Shown here: positions 21,916 to 32,513 of the stretch, piece by piece
Position numbering within the stretch: the stretch's first letter is position 1
Layout: each line of letters opens with the position of its first letter
Origin: a bacterium
Lineage (GTDB): Bacteria; UBA8248
Length of the DNA: 64,000 nucleotides
Assembly: GCA_965207065.1 (NCBI GenBank)
Contig: OZ242260.1
Coordinates: 2,528,001 to 2,592,000, forward strand
Direction: 5' to 3'
Notes under the pieces: generated by a model
What the model was told of the DNA's origin: nothing
The model's database searches: none
The model's input: the letters and a program-made list of their open reading frames with translations, nothing else
Position numbers and translations under genes: made by a program

Positions 21916-22957
21916 GCGATTCCTCATCATCCGTCTGGGTGCGATAGGTGACGTCGTTCACACCCTCCCCCTGGCGGCGGCCATCAAGGATGCGCGGCCA
22001 GATTCTCATATCACCTGGGCGGTCGAGCCTGCCCCGCGAGAGGTTCTTCTCGGAAATCCGGGTATCGATGAAATCTTGACCATTGATACCAAGAGGTGGC
22101 GTAAAAATTTACTCTCCGGTGGATTCGTTGCCCTCAGACGCGACCTGCTCTCCGTGAAGAATGTTGGCGCCGACGTGGCCCTCGACGCTCAGGGGCTGAT
22201 CAAAAGCGGTTTGTTGACCTGGGCATCAAGAGCGCCAGTTCGCATCGGGTTCGAACATCGTTATTGCAGAGAAGGGATGAACGTACTTTTTACGACGCAT
22301 CACGTATTGCCCCCGGAAAATCCTCACCACGTGGTGGAGAAGAATTTATCGCTTCTCGATCCGTTGGGTATGTCCTTACCGCTTAAGGAGCAGTACCGTT
22401 TTCCGCTTCATGAAACGCAGCATGAAGGGGAGCAGGCGGAAGAATACCTGAAGAGCGTGGGGCACGAGGACGGTCGCCCCTTGTTGGTCATCCATCCCGG
22501 GGGCAATTGGGTGACGAAACGCTGGGCGCCGGATCGTTTTGCGCAACTCGCGGATCATTGGCATGAGACTGACATGGGGGACGTTCTCCTCATCTGGGGC
22601 CCTGGAGAGGAAAAGATGGTGGAAGAGGTGGTGGCTTCCATGAGAACACAGCCTTCAGTTGCGCCTGCGACGGGCATTCGGGAAATGATGGCCTTGATTC
22701 GGCGCGGTTCTTGCTTTGTGGGCGGCGACTCCGGCCCTATGCATCTCGCTGCAGCCATGGGGATTCGATGTCTCGCGATTATGGGGCCTACGGAACCCGT
22801 GAGAAATGGTCCGTGGGGCGCAGGGAATTCGGTGTTGCATCACCGACTCGCTTGCAGTGGCTGTTATGCGAGAAAATGCCCCGATATCGAGTGTCTGGAG
22901 CGCGTGAAGGCCGAAGATGCGATAGATGCGCTGAACCGGCTTCAGCCGGCCCCATGA
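21908..22957 (+). CDS. waaC: LPS heptosyltransferase I-like (GT9)
   Basis: IIRLGAIGDVVHTLP, DAQGLIKS, HPG..W.TKRW, GDSGPMHLA. Confidence 0.8.
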   Translation: MGERFLIIRLGAIGDVVHTLPLAAAIKDARPDSHITWAVEPAPREVLLGNPGIDEILTIDTKRWRKNLLSGGFVALRRDLLSVKNVGADVALDAQGLIKSGLLTWASRAPVRIGFEHRYCREGMNVLFTTHHVLPPENPHHVVEKNLSLLDPLGMSLPLKEQYRFPLHETQHEGEQAEEYLKSVGHEDGRPLLVIHPGGNWVTKRWAPDRFAQLADHWHETDMGDVLLIWGPGEEKMVEEVVASMRTQPSVAPATGIREMMALIRRGSCFVGGDSGPMHLAAAMGIRCLAIMGPTEPVRNGPWGAGNSVLHHRLACSGCYARKCPDIECLERVKAEDAIDALNRLQPAP

Positions 22958-23094
22958 AAAACATGGCGATATATGCGAAACTAAGGCAGTTTATTGAACG
23001 AAGCAGGAGTTGTTTCCGTTTTTGATGTGATGCACGACCCGAAAATGCACGAATCGTTCCAGGGTTTTGATTGAAAATTGGAGATCAACGGAAG

Positions 23095-23292
23095 ATGAGC
23101 GTGGATAAAGAGTTGTTGGAGATATTGGCGTGCCCCGTCACCAAGACACCGCTGGAGTTGAGCGAGGATGGGAATTTTTTGATCGCCCGGGAATCGGGAT
23201 TGGTCTATAAGATCGAAGATGACATCCCAATCATGCTCGTAGACGAAGCCGTCCCGCTTGATGAATGGGAAAAGACCCAGGGGAAAGGTTAG
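23095..23292 (+). CDS. Trm112/UPF0434 (YcaR-like) small protein
   Basis: LLEILACPVTKTPL...YKIEDDIPIML. Confidence 0.9.
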   Translation: MSVDKELLEILACPVTKTPLELSEDGNFLIARESGLVYKIEDDIPIMLVDEAVPLDEWEKTQGKG

Positions 23293-23296
23293 GAGG

Positions 23297-24121
23297 ATGT
23301 CTGGTTTGGCGGAAACATCTGCCGAAGCCGGCACAGGCAGGGTGCCTGGCTCCGAATCTGCCAGAAAACCGATTAGCGTTACGATTGTCACCCACAATGA
23401 GGCGGAACGAATTGGAACATGTATTGACAGCGTTTCATGGGCGGATGAAATCATCGTAGTGGACGCCGGCAGCACGGATGACACCCAGGAAATATGCCGA
23501 AAACGCGGCGCGCTGCTGATCCAACATCCCTGGGGAGGATATGCGGCGCAAAAAAATTTCGCCCTCTCGAAAGCAAGTCACTCCTGGATATTGAGTCTGG
23601 ATGCGGATGAATGCGTAAGTCCGGAACTTTCCGAGGAAATTCTCTCCGTTTTGTCTGACGATGCTCCTGCACAGGGGTACCGGATTCCCCGAAAAAACAT
23701 ATTCTTCGGCCGTTGGCTTCGCCACGGCGACCTTTGGCCGGATCATCAGCTCCGGTTGTTTCGGCGCGATGCCGGAGCGTTTAACGAGAAAAGCGTTCAC
23801 GAATCCGTAGTGGTGGAAGGACGGGTGGGTGTACTTTCATCCCCCATGGAACACTACAGCTATGATTCACTCTTCGATTTTTTCCAAAGACAGGTGAAAT
23901 ACGCCAGGCTATCCGCGGAAGATTTATCTTCCAAGGGGGTGCAACCAGGAATAGCCGATTTCGTCATTCGACCTCTTTGGCGTTTTTTCAAAAGCTATAT
24001 CTTGAAGATGGGCCTTCGCGATGGCGTAAAGGGATTTTGCGTTTCGGCGGGTTCAGCCTATTACGTGTTCTTGCGAGCCGCCTTTTTGTGGGAGCTGTGT
24101 CGAGGACGTGAACGCCCTTAG
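23297..24121 (+). CDS. Family 2 glycosyltransferase (WaaE/KdtX-like LPS core glucosyltransferase)
   Basis: ISVTIVTHNE, VVDAGSTD, LSLDADE, VHE. Confidence 0.88.
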   Translation: MSGLAETSAEAGTGRVPGSESARKPISVTIVTHNEAERIGTCIDSVSWADEIIVVDAGSTDDTQEICRKRGALLIQHPWGGYAAQKNFALSKASHSWILSLDADECVSPELSEEILSVLSDDAPAQGYRIPRKNIFFGRWLRHGDLWPDHQLRLFRRDAGAFNEKSVHESVVVEGRVGVLSSPMEHYSYDSLFDFFQRQVKYARLSAEDLSSKGVQPGIADFVIRPLWRFFKSYILKMGLRDGVKGFCVSAGSAYYVFLRAAFLWELCRGRERP

Positions 24122-24329
24122 CGTTGTTCATAAGGAAGCCTCTCCGGGTATGGGCGGACATGGGGAAAGAATTCCCTTACAGCCCATCACCCATATTAAT
24201 AGTGGATGCAAGGTTCAACTCATCGCGCCACCGGATGGCGAACCGATGGGCAGGACGAATGAGGCAGGAACGTTAAACAAGTCGATTCCTGTGACGCCTG
24301 GGTTGGCTTTACGAGAGATTCCCGGATGA
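24108..24329 (+). pseudogene. 73-aa remnant resembling the N-terminus of a GT4 glycosyltransferase
   Basis: VVHKEASPGMGGHGERI...GCKVQLIAPPDG resembles the GT4 N-terminal pattern ILH.E.S.G.GG.E...GH.V.L.APP; overlaps the GT2 stop and the msbA start (ATGA). Confidence 0.55.
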
Positions 24330-26113
24330 GCCGCACACGGGTATACCTCAGACTCCTGAAATATTTGCGTCCCTACCGGTTTCGGTTCGGGGTCGCCGTC
24401 GCCTGCACAATCATTGTAGGCGGTCTGAATGCGTACCCCGCATACCTCGTTCAGCACGTCATCAATGACATCTTGATCTCGAAGCGGGCCGACATCGTAC
24501 TGTTGATTTGCCTGTCCCTTGTCGTCGTCTATCTGGTGAAAGGCCTCGCCGCATATTGCCAGAACTATTTCATGCTCTGGGTCGGTCAGCATGTGGTGAT
24601 GGACGTCAGAAACGGGCTTCACAGACATCTGCTGAATTTGCCCCTTCGGTTTTTCGAGGTGAAGACGACCGGAGAGTTGATGTCGAAAGTCATATACGAC
24701 ATCTCCTTGATGCAGCATGCGGCGACGGAGTCCATTCGGGATTTGCTCCGGCATGGGTTCACCTTCATCGCATTGCTCTGCGTGGCGATTTACCAGAGCC
24801 CCCATATGGCGCTGATATTCGTCGTGCTCATTCCGCTGGTGGCGGTTCTGGTTGTCATGATGGGAGAGAAGATTCGCCGAATCACGCGGAGGAGTCAGGC
24901 GCGCATGGGGGACATGAGCAGCCTGATGAAGGAAACCTACGCGGGAATTCGCGTCGTCAAGGCGTTTGGAACCGAAGATGAGGAAGAAGGCCGTTTCATG
25001 GGCGCCACCCGTTCGTTCTTCGACACCATCATGCGGGCCATGCGGGTTCGCTCGCTGGCGCCTCCCATAGTGGAGATCATCGGTGGTTTGATGGGAGCGG
25101 GAATTCTGTGGTTCGGCGCCCAGGCGGTAATCTATGGAAACATGGATCCGGGAAGGCTGATGAGTTTCGCCGTCGCCCTCGGTATGGCCTACAACCCGCT
25201 GAAATCTTTCACCCGGGTGTTTCATAGCTTGGTGGAGGGAATTGCAGGCGCCCAGTCGGTTTTCGAGGTACTGGACGAGCATGCTCCGGAAGATATGAAT
25301 CCCGATGGCGAGGAGATGGGACGGCTTTCCCGGCATATCCGATTCGAGGGCGTGCATTTCTCCTATTCGGACGAGGCGACGCTCGAGGATATCAACATAG
25401 AAGTACCGGCAGGCTGCACTCTTGCCGTTGTGGGGATGAGCGGTGCGGGGAAAAGCACATTCCTGGATTTGATCCCGCGGTTTTATCCGCCCGCCCGGGG
25501 GCGCATTTCCTTCGACGGAATAGAAGCGTCCCGGTATTCACTGAGCAGCTTACGCACCCAGATCGCCGTGGTAACCCAGCAGGTCATTCTGTTCAATGAT
25601 ACGGCGGAAAATAACATTGCCTATGGGGAGAAAAGATCCGTCAGCCGTGAAGAAATCATATCGGCGGCGAAAGCGGCCAACGCCCATGATTTCATTATGG
25701 AGCTTGAAAACGGGTATGAGACCATGCTGGGCGAGGAAGGAGTACGCCTTTCCGGCGGCGAACGCCAGCGCATCGCCATTGCGCGCGCGATTTTGAGGGA
25801 TCCTTCCATTCTGCTGCTCGATGAAGCCACGAGCGCGCTCGACACGGAGAGCGAGCAGTTGATTCAGGATGCTCTGGAGCCTTTGATGAAGGATCGCACC
25901 ACGTTTGTGGTGGCTCATAGACTCTCCACGGTCCGAAATGCCGATTTAATCATCGTGCTCGATGGGGGGCGAATCGTGGAGAGGGGAACGCACGATGAGT
26001 TGATGAAGCGGGGCGGCCTTTACCAAAGACTCTACGAAATGCAGTTTGTGAGCGAGGAAATGTCCCTTTCCGATGAAATCAAAAGCGCAACGCATGGCGG
26101 AAACATTTCGTAA
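24326..26113 (+). CDS. msbA: Lipid A export ABC transporter (fused TMD-NBD)
   Basis: Six-TM exporter domain; GMSGAGKS, LSGGERQR, LDEATSALD; LPS operon context. Confidence 0.85.
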   Translation: MSRTRVYLRLLKYLRPYRFRFGVAVACTIIVGGLNAYPAYLVQHVINDILISKRADIVLLICLSLVVVYLVKGLAAYCQNYFMLWVGQHVVMDVRNGLHRHLLNLPLRFFEVKTTGELMSKVIYDISLMQHAATESIRDLLRHGFTFIALLCVAIYQSPHMALIFVVLIPLVAVLVVMMGEKIRRITRRSQARMGDMSSLMKETYAGIRVVKAFGTEDEEEGRFMGATRSFFDTIMRAMRVRSLAPPIVEIIGGLMGAGILWFGAQAVIYGNMDPGRLMSFAVALGMAYNPLKSFTRVFHSLVEGIAGAQSVFEVLDEHAPEDMNPDGEEMGRLSRHIRFEGVHFSYSDEATLEDINIEVPAGCTLAVVGMSGAGKSTFLDLIPRFYPPARGRISFDGIEASRYSLSSLRTQIAVVTQQVILFNDTAENNIAYGEKRSVSREEIISAAKAANAHDFIMELENGYETMLGEEGVRLSGGERQRIAIARAILRDPSILLLDEATSALDTESEQLIQDALEPLMKDRTTFVVAHRLSTVRNADLIIVLDGGRIVERGTHDELMKRGGLYQRLYEMQFVSEEMSLSDEIKSATHGGNIS

Positions 26114-26248
26114 ATTTGTTCGCATCATACAATCATGAGTTGGAGTTTCCGCTTTTTGGATCCTGATTCGATCCACAATGATGAGTCGCAAAATACGTTT
26201 AGAAATAATAACCAAGTGCATTCGGCTCTGAGCTGAGAGAACAATTTC

Positions 26249-27469
26249 ATGCACAAGCTAAAAGTCTATTTTTCCGAACTGGAGGAGCGCTTCAGGAGGC
26301 GTTCACCGGCGTCACGGGTGGCGTTTGGCGGTCTTATAGGATTTGTCGTTACCGCCCCGTTTTCGATATCACTCGCTCAAATTTTCGTGTTCACCGCCGT
26401 GGTGGCATGGCTGGCTTCCATGACCAAGGCGGCTCCCTTGGTGACACAAAAATTTCCGTTGTGGATGCCCTGGCTTTTTTTCGCGCTGTTTACTCTCGCC
26501 AGCGCCTTCCACGCGCCCGATTCGACCAAAAGCCTGATCAAGTCGAGGGAATTGACGCAAGTCATGATTTTTTATTTGACCTTGAACGTCGTCCGGGATG
26601 ACTGGGAAGCGCTATGGTTGGTGAAAGCGCTCCTTGTGGCCACAAGCATATCCGCCTTGTATGCCCTGGGCGTTTCGCAGCCAGGGACATTGTCGCTGGC
26701 GAATCGAGCGTCGGGCTTTTTCAGCATATACATGACGTTCGGCGGGTTTCTGCTTGTAGCCGGTCTGTTGGCGCTGTCTTACCTCCTGGTGCCGACTCGG
26801 GAACGCAAGAGCGTGTGGGTCTATGCGCCGGCCCTCCTGATCCTCACAGCATTGATGACGACTTTGAGTCGCAGCGCCTGGATAGGGCTTGTCGTCGGGA
26901 CGGCGGTTATAGCGGTGGCGAGCCGGCGCAAAATGGTGGGTTTGTGTTTGGCGCTTGTAGCGGTACTGGTGATATTCATCGCGCCACATTCCATAAGCCG
27001 GCGCGTGAAGAGCATGGTGAATCCACAGGACAAAACGGCCGTGGAGCGGATAAACATGTGGCAAAGCGGCGTTAATATGTTCATGGATAAGAAACTTCTG
27101 GGTTTTGGACCCGGCCGAATCAAATACGATTACACCCGCTATGCGAGCCCCGACGCGACCAAGAAATCACCGTCCCATTTACACAACAATGTGGTTCAAC
27201 TGGCAGCCGAGCGAGGAATTTTTGCGCTGGGCGCCTGGGTTTGGGTTTGGATTGGATATTTCGTCATGGTGATTCTGCGAATTCGGGATACGAAAGACGC
27301 GCCTTTTGGGACGCGATTTCGCATGATAGGCGGTTTGGCCGTAGCTGCGGGTTTTTTGAGTGCCGGGATGTTCGAATACAACTTTGGCGATTCCGAAGTG
27401 GTGATGCTGATGTTCATGGCCATTGCTATGCCATTTGCGGGCAGGACGAACGAAGTCTATTCGGGATAA
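26249..27469 (+). CDS. O-antigen ligase family protein (WaaL-like)
   Basis: Polytopic membrane protein; TLSRSAW, R..MW, GFGPG, HLHNN. Confidence 0.85.
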   Translation: MHKLKVYFSELEERFRRRSPASRVAFGGLIGFVVTAPFSISLAQIFVFTAVVAWLASMTKAAPLVTQKFPLWMPWLFFALFTLASAFHAPDSTKSLIKSRELTQVMIFYLTLNVVRDDWEALWLVKALLVATSISALYALGVSQPGTLSLANRASGFFSIYMTFGGFLLVAGLLALSYLLVPTRERKSVWVYAPALLILTALMTTLSRSAWIGLVVGTAVIAVASRRKMVGLCLALVAVLVIFIAPHSISRRVKSMVNPQDKTAVERINMWQSGVNMFMDKKLLGFGPGRIKYDYTRYASPDATKKSPSHLHNNVVQLAAERGIFALGAWVWVWIGYFVMVILRIRDTKDAPFGTRFRMIGGLAVAAGFLSAGMFEYNFGDSEVVMLMFMAIAMPFAGRTNEVYSG

Positions 27470-27488
27470 AGCGATTTGCGTTGCACGA

Positions 27489-28673
27489 TTACCGGAAGCG
27501 TATCAAAGATTGGAAAAAGCCTAATTTTTTGACTGAATCGACAGCCACGAGGTCAGTCCCGCCGAGTTTGTTGCCTCCCAGTTCGTAAGTGACGCGGCCG
27601 ACTTTTTGGCCGGCCTTGACGGGTGCGGTTACTTCTTTCGGCAACTCTAGTTTCATGGAAATACGTTTTTCTTCACTCCTTCTGACCAATGCCGCGACAC
27701 TTTCCTTGAGCCGGATGCGCACCATCCTTTTTTGGCCCTTCAGCACCTTGATCTGCTGGAGCTTCGGTTTTTTCGTTTTGCTCAAATTAATCCACCGGTA
27801 CTGATTAAACCCCCATGCGAGCAGACGTGTGGCCTCTTTGAATCGGCGTCGGGAGTGGCTCGAACCCATCACGACGGCGATAAGTCTTAGATTATTACGT
27901 TTCGCCGTGGCGACGATGCTGAACCCCGCTCTTCGGTGATAGCCTGTTTTGAGGCCATCCATCCCGCGAAACCGCCCGAGGAGAGTGTTCGTGTTGGTCA
28001 GGATGAAGCTCCCGTTGCGGAATGGAGCGTTCTTGGTGGCGCTCCACTTCATGATGAGTGGATACTTTATCAACTCGCGGGCCAGGATGCCTGCATCTCT
28101 CGCGCTCATTTGGTTGGTCGGCTTTTTTCCGCCCGGTGGAAGCCCGTTGACGTTCACGAATCGGGTGTTCGACATGCCGAGTTCTTTAGCGCGCTGGTTC
28201 ATCAAATCGACGAAGGCTTCGGCGTCACCGGCGATGTGTTCCGCCACGGCGTAGGATGAGTCGTTGGCGGAACTGATGATGATGGACTTCATTAATTCTC
28301 GCAGGGGAAATTTTTCTCCTTGCTTCAAATACACCTGCTGACCTCCGATTCGCGAGGCGCGTCTGCTGGTGGTGATGATATCGTCGAGATTGATGATGTT
28401 TCTTTTAATCTGTTCCATGGTGATTAACGCCGTCATCATTTTCACGACGGAGGCGGGCTTCGTTGGAAGCCGTTCATTGCGCGCTTTCAGGACTCGCCCT
28501 GTATTTGCCTCAATCAACAAGATCGAGCGATAGGGGATGGCTTTTTTTCGGGAGCGTTTCCGGCGCGCGGAAGCGGAATCTACGTCGAGCGTCAGAGAAA
28601 ATGTGAAGAACAGCAACAAGAATGCGATGATGGACAAACGGAATCGCCGACGGCGGTCCATAGCGAGTAACAT
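27489..28673 (-). CDS. Serine D-alanyl-D-alanine carboxypeptidase (PBP5/6, DacA-like)
   Basis: SxxK (PASVVK), SxN (SAND), KTG (GLKTGY); PBP5 C-terminal domain. Confidence 0.93.
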   Translation of the reverse strand: MLLAMDRRRRFRLSIIAFLLLFFTFSLTLDVDSASARRKRSRKKAIPYRSILLIEANTGRVLKARNERLPTKPASVVKMMTALITMEQIKRNIINLDDIITTSRRASRIGGQQVYLKQGEKFPLRELMKSIIISSANDSSYAVAEHIAGDAEAFVDLMNQRAKELGMSNTRFVNVNGLPPGGKKPTNQMSARDAGILARELIKYPLIMKWSATKNAPFRNGSFILTNTNTLLGRFRGMDGLKTGYHRRAGFSIVATAKRNNLRLIAVVMGSSHSRRRFKEATRLLAWGFNQYRWINLSKTKKPKLQQIKVLKGQKRMVRIRLKESVAALVRRSEEKRISMKLELPKEVTAPVKAGQKVGRVTYELGGNKLGGTDLVAVDSVKKLGFFQSLIRFR

Positions 28674-29049
28674 GCGCTTTCCTTATCGTCTTCTGGGCGG
28701 GTTTAGGTGGGTTTCATGAAAAGTCCCGGGAATGATAGTTGCCCCGTTTGACTTCAGCCTATTAAAAACCTTTTCCTGGCGTTTGTCAAAATGGGGTATT
28801 TGGGGGGCAATTGAAGAATCGCTCAGATGCACATGTCTTTGATAATAATGGTGATAACTCAGGACGCGCCATACTCTTCAATTCCATTTCTTGCGTCTGT
28901 TCGGTTGCTCTGATAGGATTTGCGCTACCAAAGGGATATGGATCGAATCCTCGGTTCACAATGGAGATACACGTCAAGCGTGCCCTGTCTGAAAATGGGG
29001 TATGACATTCTTTTTTGCCGCATCGGCGGAAGGAGAAGGAGGTCTTCTC

Positions 29050-29943
29050 ATGTTTAAGGGTTCTTATGTCGCGATGGTCACTCCGTTCCGCGACGGAAAG
29101 CTCGACGAAGAGGGCATTCGCTCTCTGGTGGAATTTCATGTTGAAAACGGAACACACGGGATTGTGGCGTGTGGAACCACGGGAGAGTCCGCTACGCTGA
29201 GCCATGAAGAGCACGACCGGGTCGTAGAGTTGGTGATCGAGCAGGTGAACGGAAGAATCCCGGTCATAGCCGGCTCCGGCTCGAACAGCACCGCAGAGGC
29301 CGTTCAGCGTACTCAGTACGCCATGCGGGCCGGTGCGGACGGTGCGCTCCTGGTGGCGCCTTACTACAACAAGCCTACGCAGGAAGGCCTTTATCAGCAT
29401 TTCCGGGCAATTGCGGAATCCGCGGACATCCCGATCGTTCTCTACAACGTGCCGGGCCGTACGGTGGTGCAGATTGCGCCCGACACGGTGGCCCGCCTCT
29501 CGGAGATTCCCAACATCGTGGGCATCAAGGAGGCGACCGGGAATCTGGCGAATTGCTGCGACATCGTATCCCGCGTGCCGGACGATTTCATCGTGCTTTC
29601 AGGCGATGATTTCGTCACGCTGCCGATGATGGCGATGGGTGGCGTGGGCACGATTTCGGTGACGGCGAACGTGGCGCCAGCGGACGTGGCCCGGATGTGT
29701 CAGGCGCAACTCGATGGAGATTCCGCCACGGCGAAAGCGCTGCACTACAAGATGTGGGAACTCAACCACATGATGTTCTGCGAGACGAACCCGATTCCGG
29801 CGAAAGCGACCCTGGCGATTATGGGGCGCATTGCGCTGGAATACAGGTTGCCGCTCTGCGCGCCGTCTGACGCCAACATGAAAAAGCTTGAGACGTTCGC
29901 CAGGGAATATGGCCTGGTCGAAGAAGCGGTGGCGGCGTCGTAA
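29050..29943 (+). CDS. dapA: 4-hydroxy-tetrahydrodipicolinate synthase
   Basis: GTTGES, PYYNKP, YNVPGRT, GIKEA, ETNPIP. Confidence 0.96.
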   Translation: MFKGSYVAMVTPFRDGKLDEEGIRSLVEFHVENGTHGIVACGTTGESATLSHEEHDRVVELVIEQVNGRIPVIAGSGSNSTAEAVQRTQYAMRAGADGALLVAPYYNKPTQEGLYQHFRAIAESADIPIVLYNVPGRTVVQIAPDTVARLSEIPNIVGIKEATGNLANCCDIVSRVPDDFIVLSGDDFVTLPMMAMGGVGTISVTANVAPADVARMCQAQLDGDSATAKALHYKMWELNHMMFCETNPIPAKATLAIMGRIALEYRLPLCAPSDANMKKLETFAREYGLVEEAVAAS

Positions 29944-29971
29944 ATTTACCAAGAACGACAGGATCAGAAAG

Positions 29972-30007
29972 AAAAAAGCGGGAGTGGTTAAAACTCCCGC
30001 TTTTTTT
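29972..30007. terminator. Bidirectional intrinsic terminator
   Basis: aaaaaagcgggagt-ggttaaa-actcccgcttttttt between convergent dapA and the amidohydrolase gene. Confidence 0.9.
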
Positions 30008-30019
30008 GTATTTGAACGC

Positions 30020-30898
30020 TTATTCTTCCAGTCCCAGCGCCTTGAGAGCGTTTCCGCCGAACCAGAGTCGTTTCACGTCGTCTTTCAGCGGGAACTTGTC
30101 GAATTCGGCCAGACTTTCCCTTGGGCTGATCATCGGCCAGTTCGATGCCCAGAGAATCTTGTTCTTGAGAACCGAGTTCCCGTAGCGAATCAGCGGCTCC
30201 CAGCCGGTGTCGGGCGTGGCGATGTATTTAGGCATCGTGCCGCTGACTTCGATGTAGAGATTGGGGTGTCGCCAGCTCACGGAGATCATCTCCAGTATCC
30301 ACGGCCAGCCTCCGTGCACCGCCACGATGCGAAGCTCGGGGAAATCCTTCGCCACCTCGTCCAGGTAGATCGGACGCCCGAAATCAAGCAGATTCGAGCT
30401 TGAGAGGTTCATCGACGTGTGGAGCAAAACGGGGATATCCAACTCCACGCATTTGGCGTAAACGGGGTAGAACTTCTTGTCGTTCGCATGGAGCCCGAGC
30501 TCCCAAGGCCCCATGTTCACGCCCCGAAGGCCGTATTCCTTCACGTCGCGCTCCAAATCGCGCAGCGCGTCCATGCCGCGAAACGGGTCGCACCCGGCCG
30601 TTCCGATGAGGCGATCCGGATAATCCTTGATGTAATCGTGCAAAACGTCGGCGGGAAATTTTGTGCCCAAGATCGTCGACATGTCGGACGTCTTGATCAC
30701 GGCCTTGTCCACCCCTTGTTCATCCAAAAAGGCGACGAACTCCTCCGGCTTCATATAGCGGTGTTCTTCCTCGTTGCCGAACACCCTTTCCCCATAGTGT
30801 CTGGCGTAGTCCGCAAGTCGGCCCGTCGGCTTCAAATACCTGTCCAGACCCTCGGGAATGGGGCATGAGATTCTGAAATCAATAACGGGTGTAGGCAT
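30020..30898 (-). CDS. Amidohydrolase family 2 protein (ORF extends to 30925)
   Basis: YPVYAKCVELDIPVLLH, VAVHGGWPW, PNLYIEVS, ILWASNWP. Confidence 0.88.
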   Translation of the reverse strand: MPTPVIDFRISCPIPEGLDRYLKPTGRLADYARHYGERVFGNEEEHRYMKPEEFVAFLDEQGVDKAVIKTSDMSTILGTKFPADVLHDYIKDYPDRLIGTAGCDPFRGMDALRDLERDVKEYGLRGVNMGPWELGLHANDKKFYPVYAKCVELDIPVLLHTSMNLSSSNLLDFGRPIYLDEVAKDFPELRIVAVHGGWPWILEMISVSWRHPNLYIEVSGTMPKYIATPDTGWEPLIRYGNSVLKNKILWASNWPMISPRESLAEFDKFPLKDDVKRLWFGGNALKALGLEE

Positions 30899-31047
30899 CG
30901 CTAGGCTCCGTGAAATTGGAATCATATATGGGCGCAGAGTACATCAGGATGCTCGATTTCGGGTAGTCGGGAGATAAAAGCCCGCTCTCTCGCCAGAGGG
31001 AGTCGAATCCTTTATCCTCTTTTTCATTCCGGGACCAGAGGATTTGT

Positions 31048-32301
31048 ATGAATAAGAATGACGGAACATCAACCCATTGGCTTTGGGCGATTTGCGCGGC
31101 ACAGGTGCCGATGATGTTCGTCTATGCGAATTATGTGGCGGCGCTTCCGCTGTTCAAGGCGGAGTGGAACCTCACGAACGTGCAGGCCGGTACGATATAT
31201 ACGGCGTTTTATGTGGGCTACATCCTCGCCGCGGCCGTGCTGGCGACTGCTACGGACTACATGAGCGCGAAAAAGATATATCTGGCCTCGAGCCTCTGGC
31301 TGGCGCTCCTGAATTTCATGTTTCCCCTTCTTGCCGATGGTTTCGTGAGCGCATCGGTGTTTCGCGGCCTCACGGGCGTCGGGCTGGCCGGTACGTATGC
31401 GCCTGCGTTGCGGCTGGTGGCGGAGTACGCCCCGCAGGGGAGGCGTGCTCGCATGGTGGGAATCTATACGTTTTTTTACACCGTGGGCGTCGCCACCTCG
31501 ATTTATGTGACGGGCGCGCTCGTCGCGAATTTCGAGTGGCGCACCGCGTTCGCGTTGACCTCTCTGGGACCCGCCGCCGGTTTCCTGGCCATGGTGTTTC
31601 TGCTTCCCGCTCTGCCCTCGCCGAGGAAGGATGGAGACGCCGGGTTTGAACTTCCCAGGCTGCCGGCTCCCGTGTGGGTGCTCATCGGTGTCGTGGGCGC
31701 GCACCGGTGGGAAGTGTTCGCATTCAGAGGCTGGATAGTCACATTCCTGGCGGCGTCCTTGGTGATGACGGGAACGGAAACGCGCGAGAGCGCCTTGGAA
31801 GTCGCGTCCTCAGCCGCCGCCATGATCATCGGGCTGAGCGCTGTTTCGAAGCTCATCGGCGGTTGGTTTGCCGATCGCATCGGCAGGCCGCCCACGATTA
31901 TCGCGAGCCTTTTTCTAAGCGGCCTCATCTCGGTTTCCATCGGACTCGCTTTCGGGACGCCATTCGCAATCCTGCAGATTCTATGCCTGATCTGGGTAAT
32001 CGTGATGCACGTGGACGCCCCCGTGCTGGTGGTGTTGACCACGGAACTCACGCCCAGACGCCACCTTGGATCGGCGCTGGGCATTCAATCGGGTTTGGGT
32101 TTTCTGCTTGGTTCTCTTGCGCCCATGGTAGTGGGGATATTTTTAGATATGAGTAATGATTCGAGTACTGGTGAACTGCCGCTCAATTGGGACTGGGCGT
32201 TCATCGGGCCGGGAGTTGCCGCTATCCTGGGAGGGGTCGCCACGATTTTTGTCGCCCGGCGCTTCATTGGCGGGAAAAAGCCGCAGAAGGGCGAAGCATA
32301 G
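31048..32301 (+). CDS. MFS transporter
   Basis: About 12 hydrophobic segments; GGWFADRIGR motif A. Confidence 0.9.
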   Translation: MNKNDGTSTHWLWAICAAQVPMMFVYANYVAALPLFKAEWNLTNVQAGTIYTAFYVGYILAAAVLATATDYMSAKKIYLASSLWLALLNFMFPLLADGFVSASVFRGLTGVGLAGTYAPALRLVAEYAPQGRRARMVGIYTFFYTVGVATSIYVTGALVANFEWRTAFALTSLGPAAGFLAMVFLLPALPSPRKDGDAGFELPRLPAPVWVLIGVVGAHRWEVFAFRGWIVTFLAASLVMTGTETRESALEVASSAAAMIIGLSAVSKLIGGWFADRIGRPPTIIASLFLSGLISVSIGLAFGTPFAILQILCLIWVIVMHVDAPVLVVLTTELTPRRHLGSALGIQSGLGFLLGSLAPMVVGIFLDMSNDSSTGELPLNWDWAFIGPGVAAILGGVATIFVARRFIGGKKPQKGEA

Positions 32302-32366
32302 GCTTCAAGATCATGATTATCTCCGTAGGCGCCTCATGCGAGAGTCCGTTACATAATTCCGTATGC

Positions 32367-32427
32367 TTGACGATATGAGTGGTTTTGATATGATTCGCTC
32401 TACCATTTGAAAAGAACATTGTATACA
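32367..32427 (+). promoter_or_regulatory. Putative sigma70 promoter with a downstream palindromic operator
   Basis: TTGACG (32367) N16 TATGAT (32389) with an extended -10 TG; palindrome TGTATACA at 32420-32427. Confidence 0.5.
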
Positions 32428-32513
32428 GACTGTAACTGAACCGAGTGTATTCTGAAGAGAGGGTTTCTTCGCACTCTTTTGAACTGCTACTTAACGAGCA
32501 GAGGAGAATGAAA

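Noticed and set aside
28674-29049. Lysine riboswitch upstream of dapA
   Set aside because: No recognisable conserved core or expression-platform terminator
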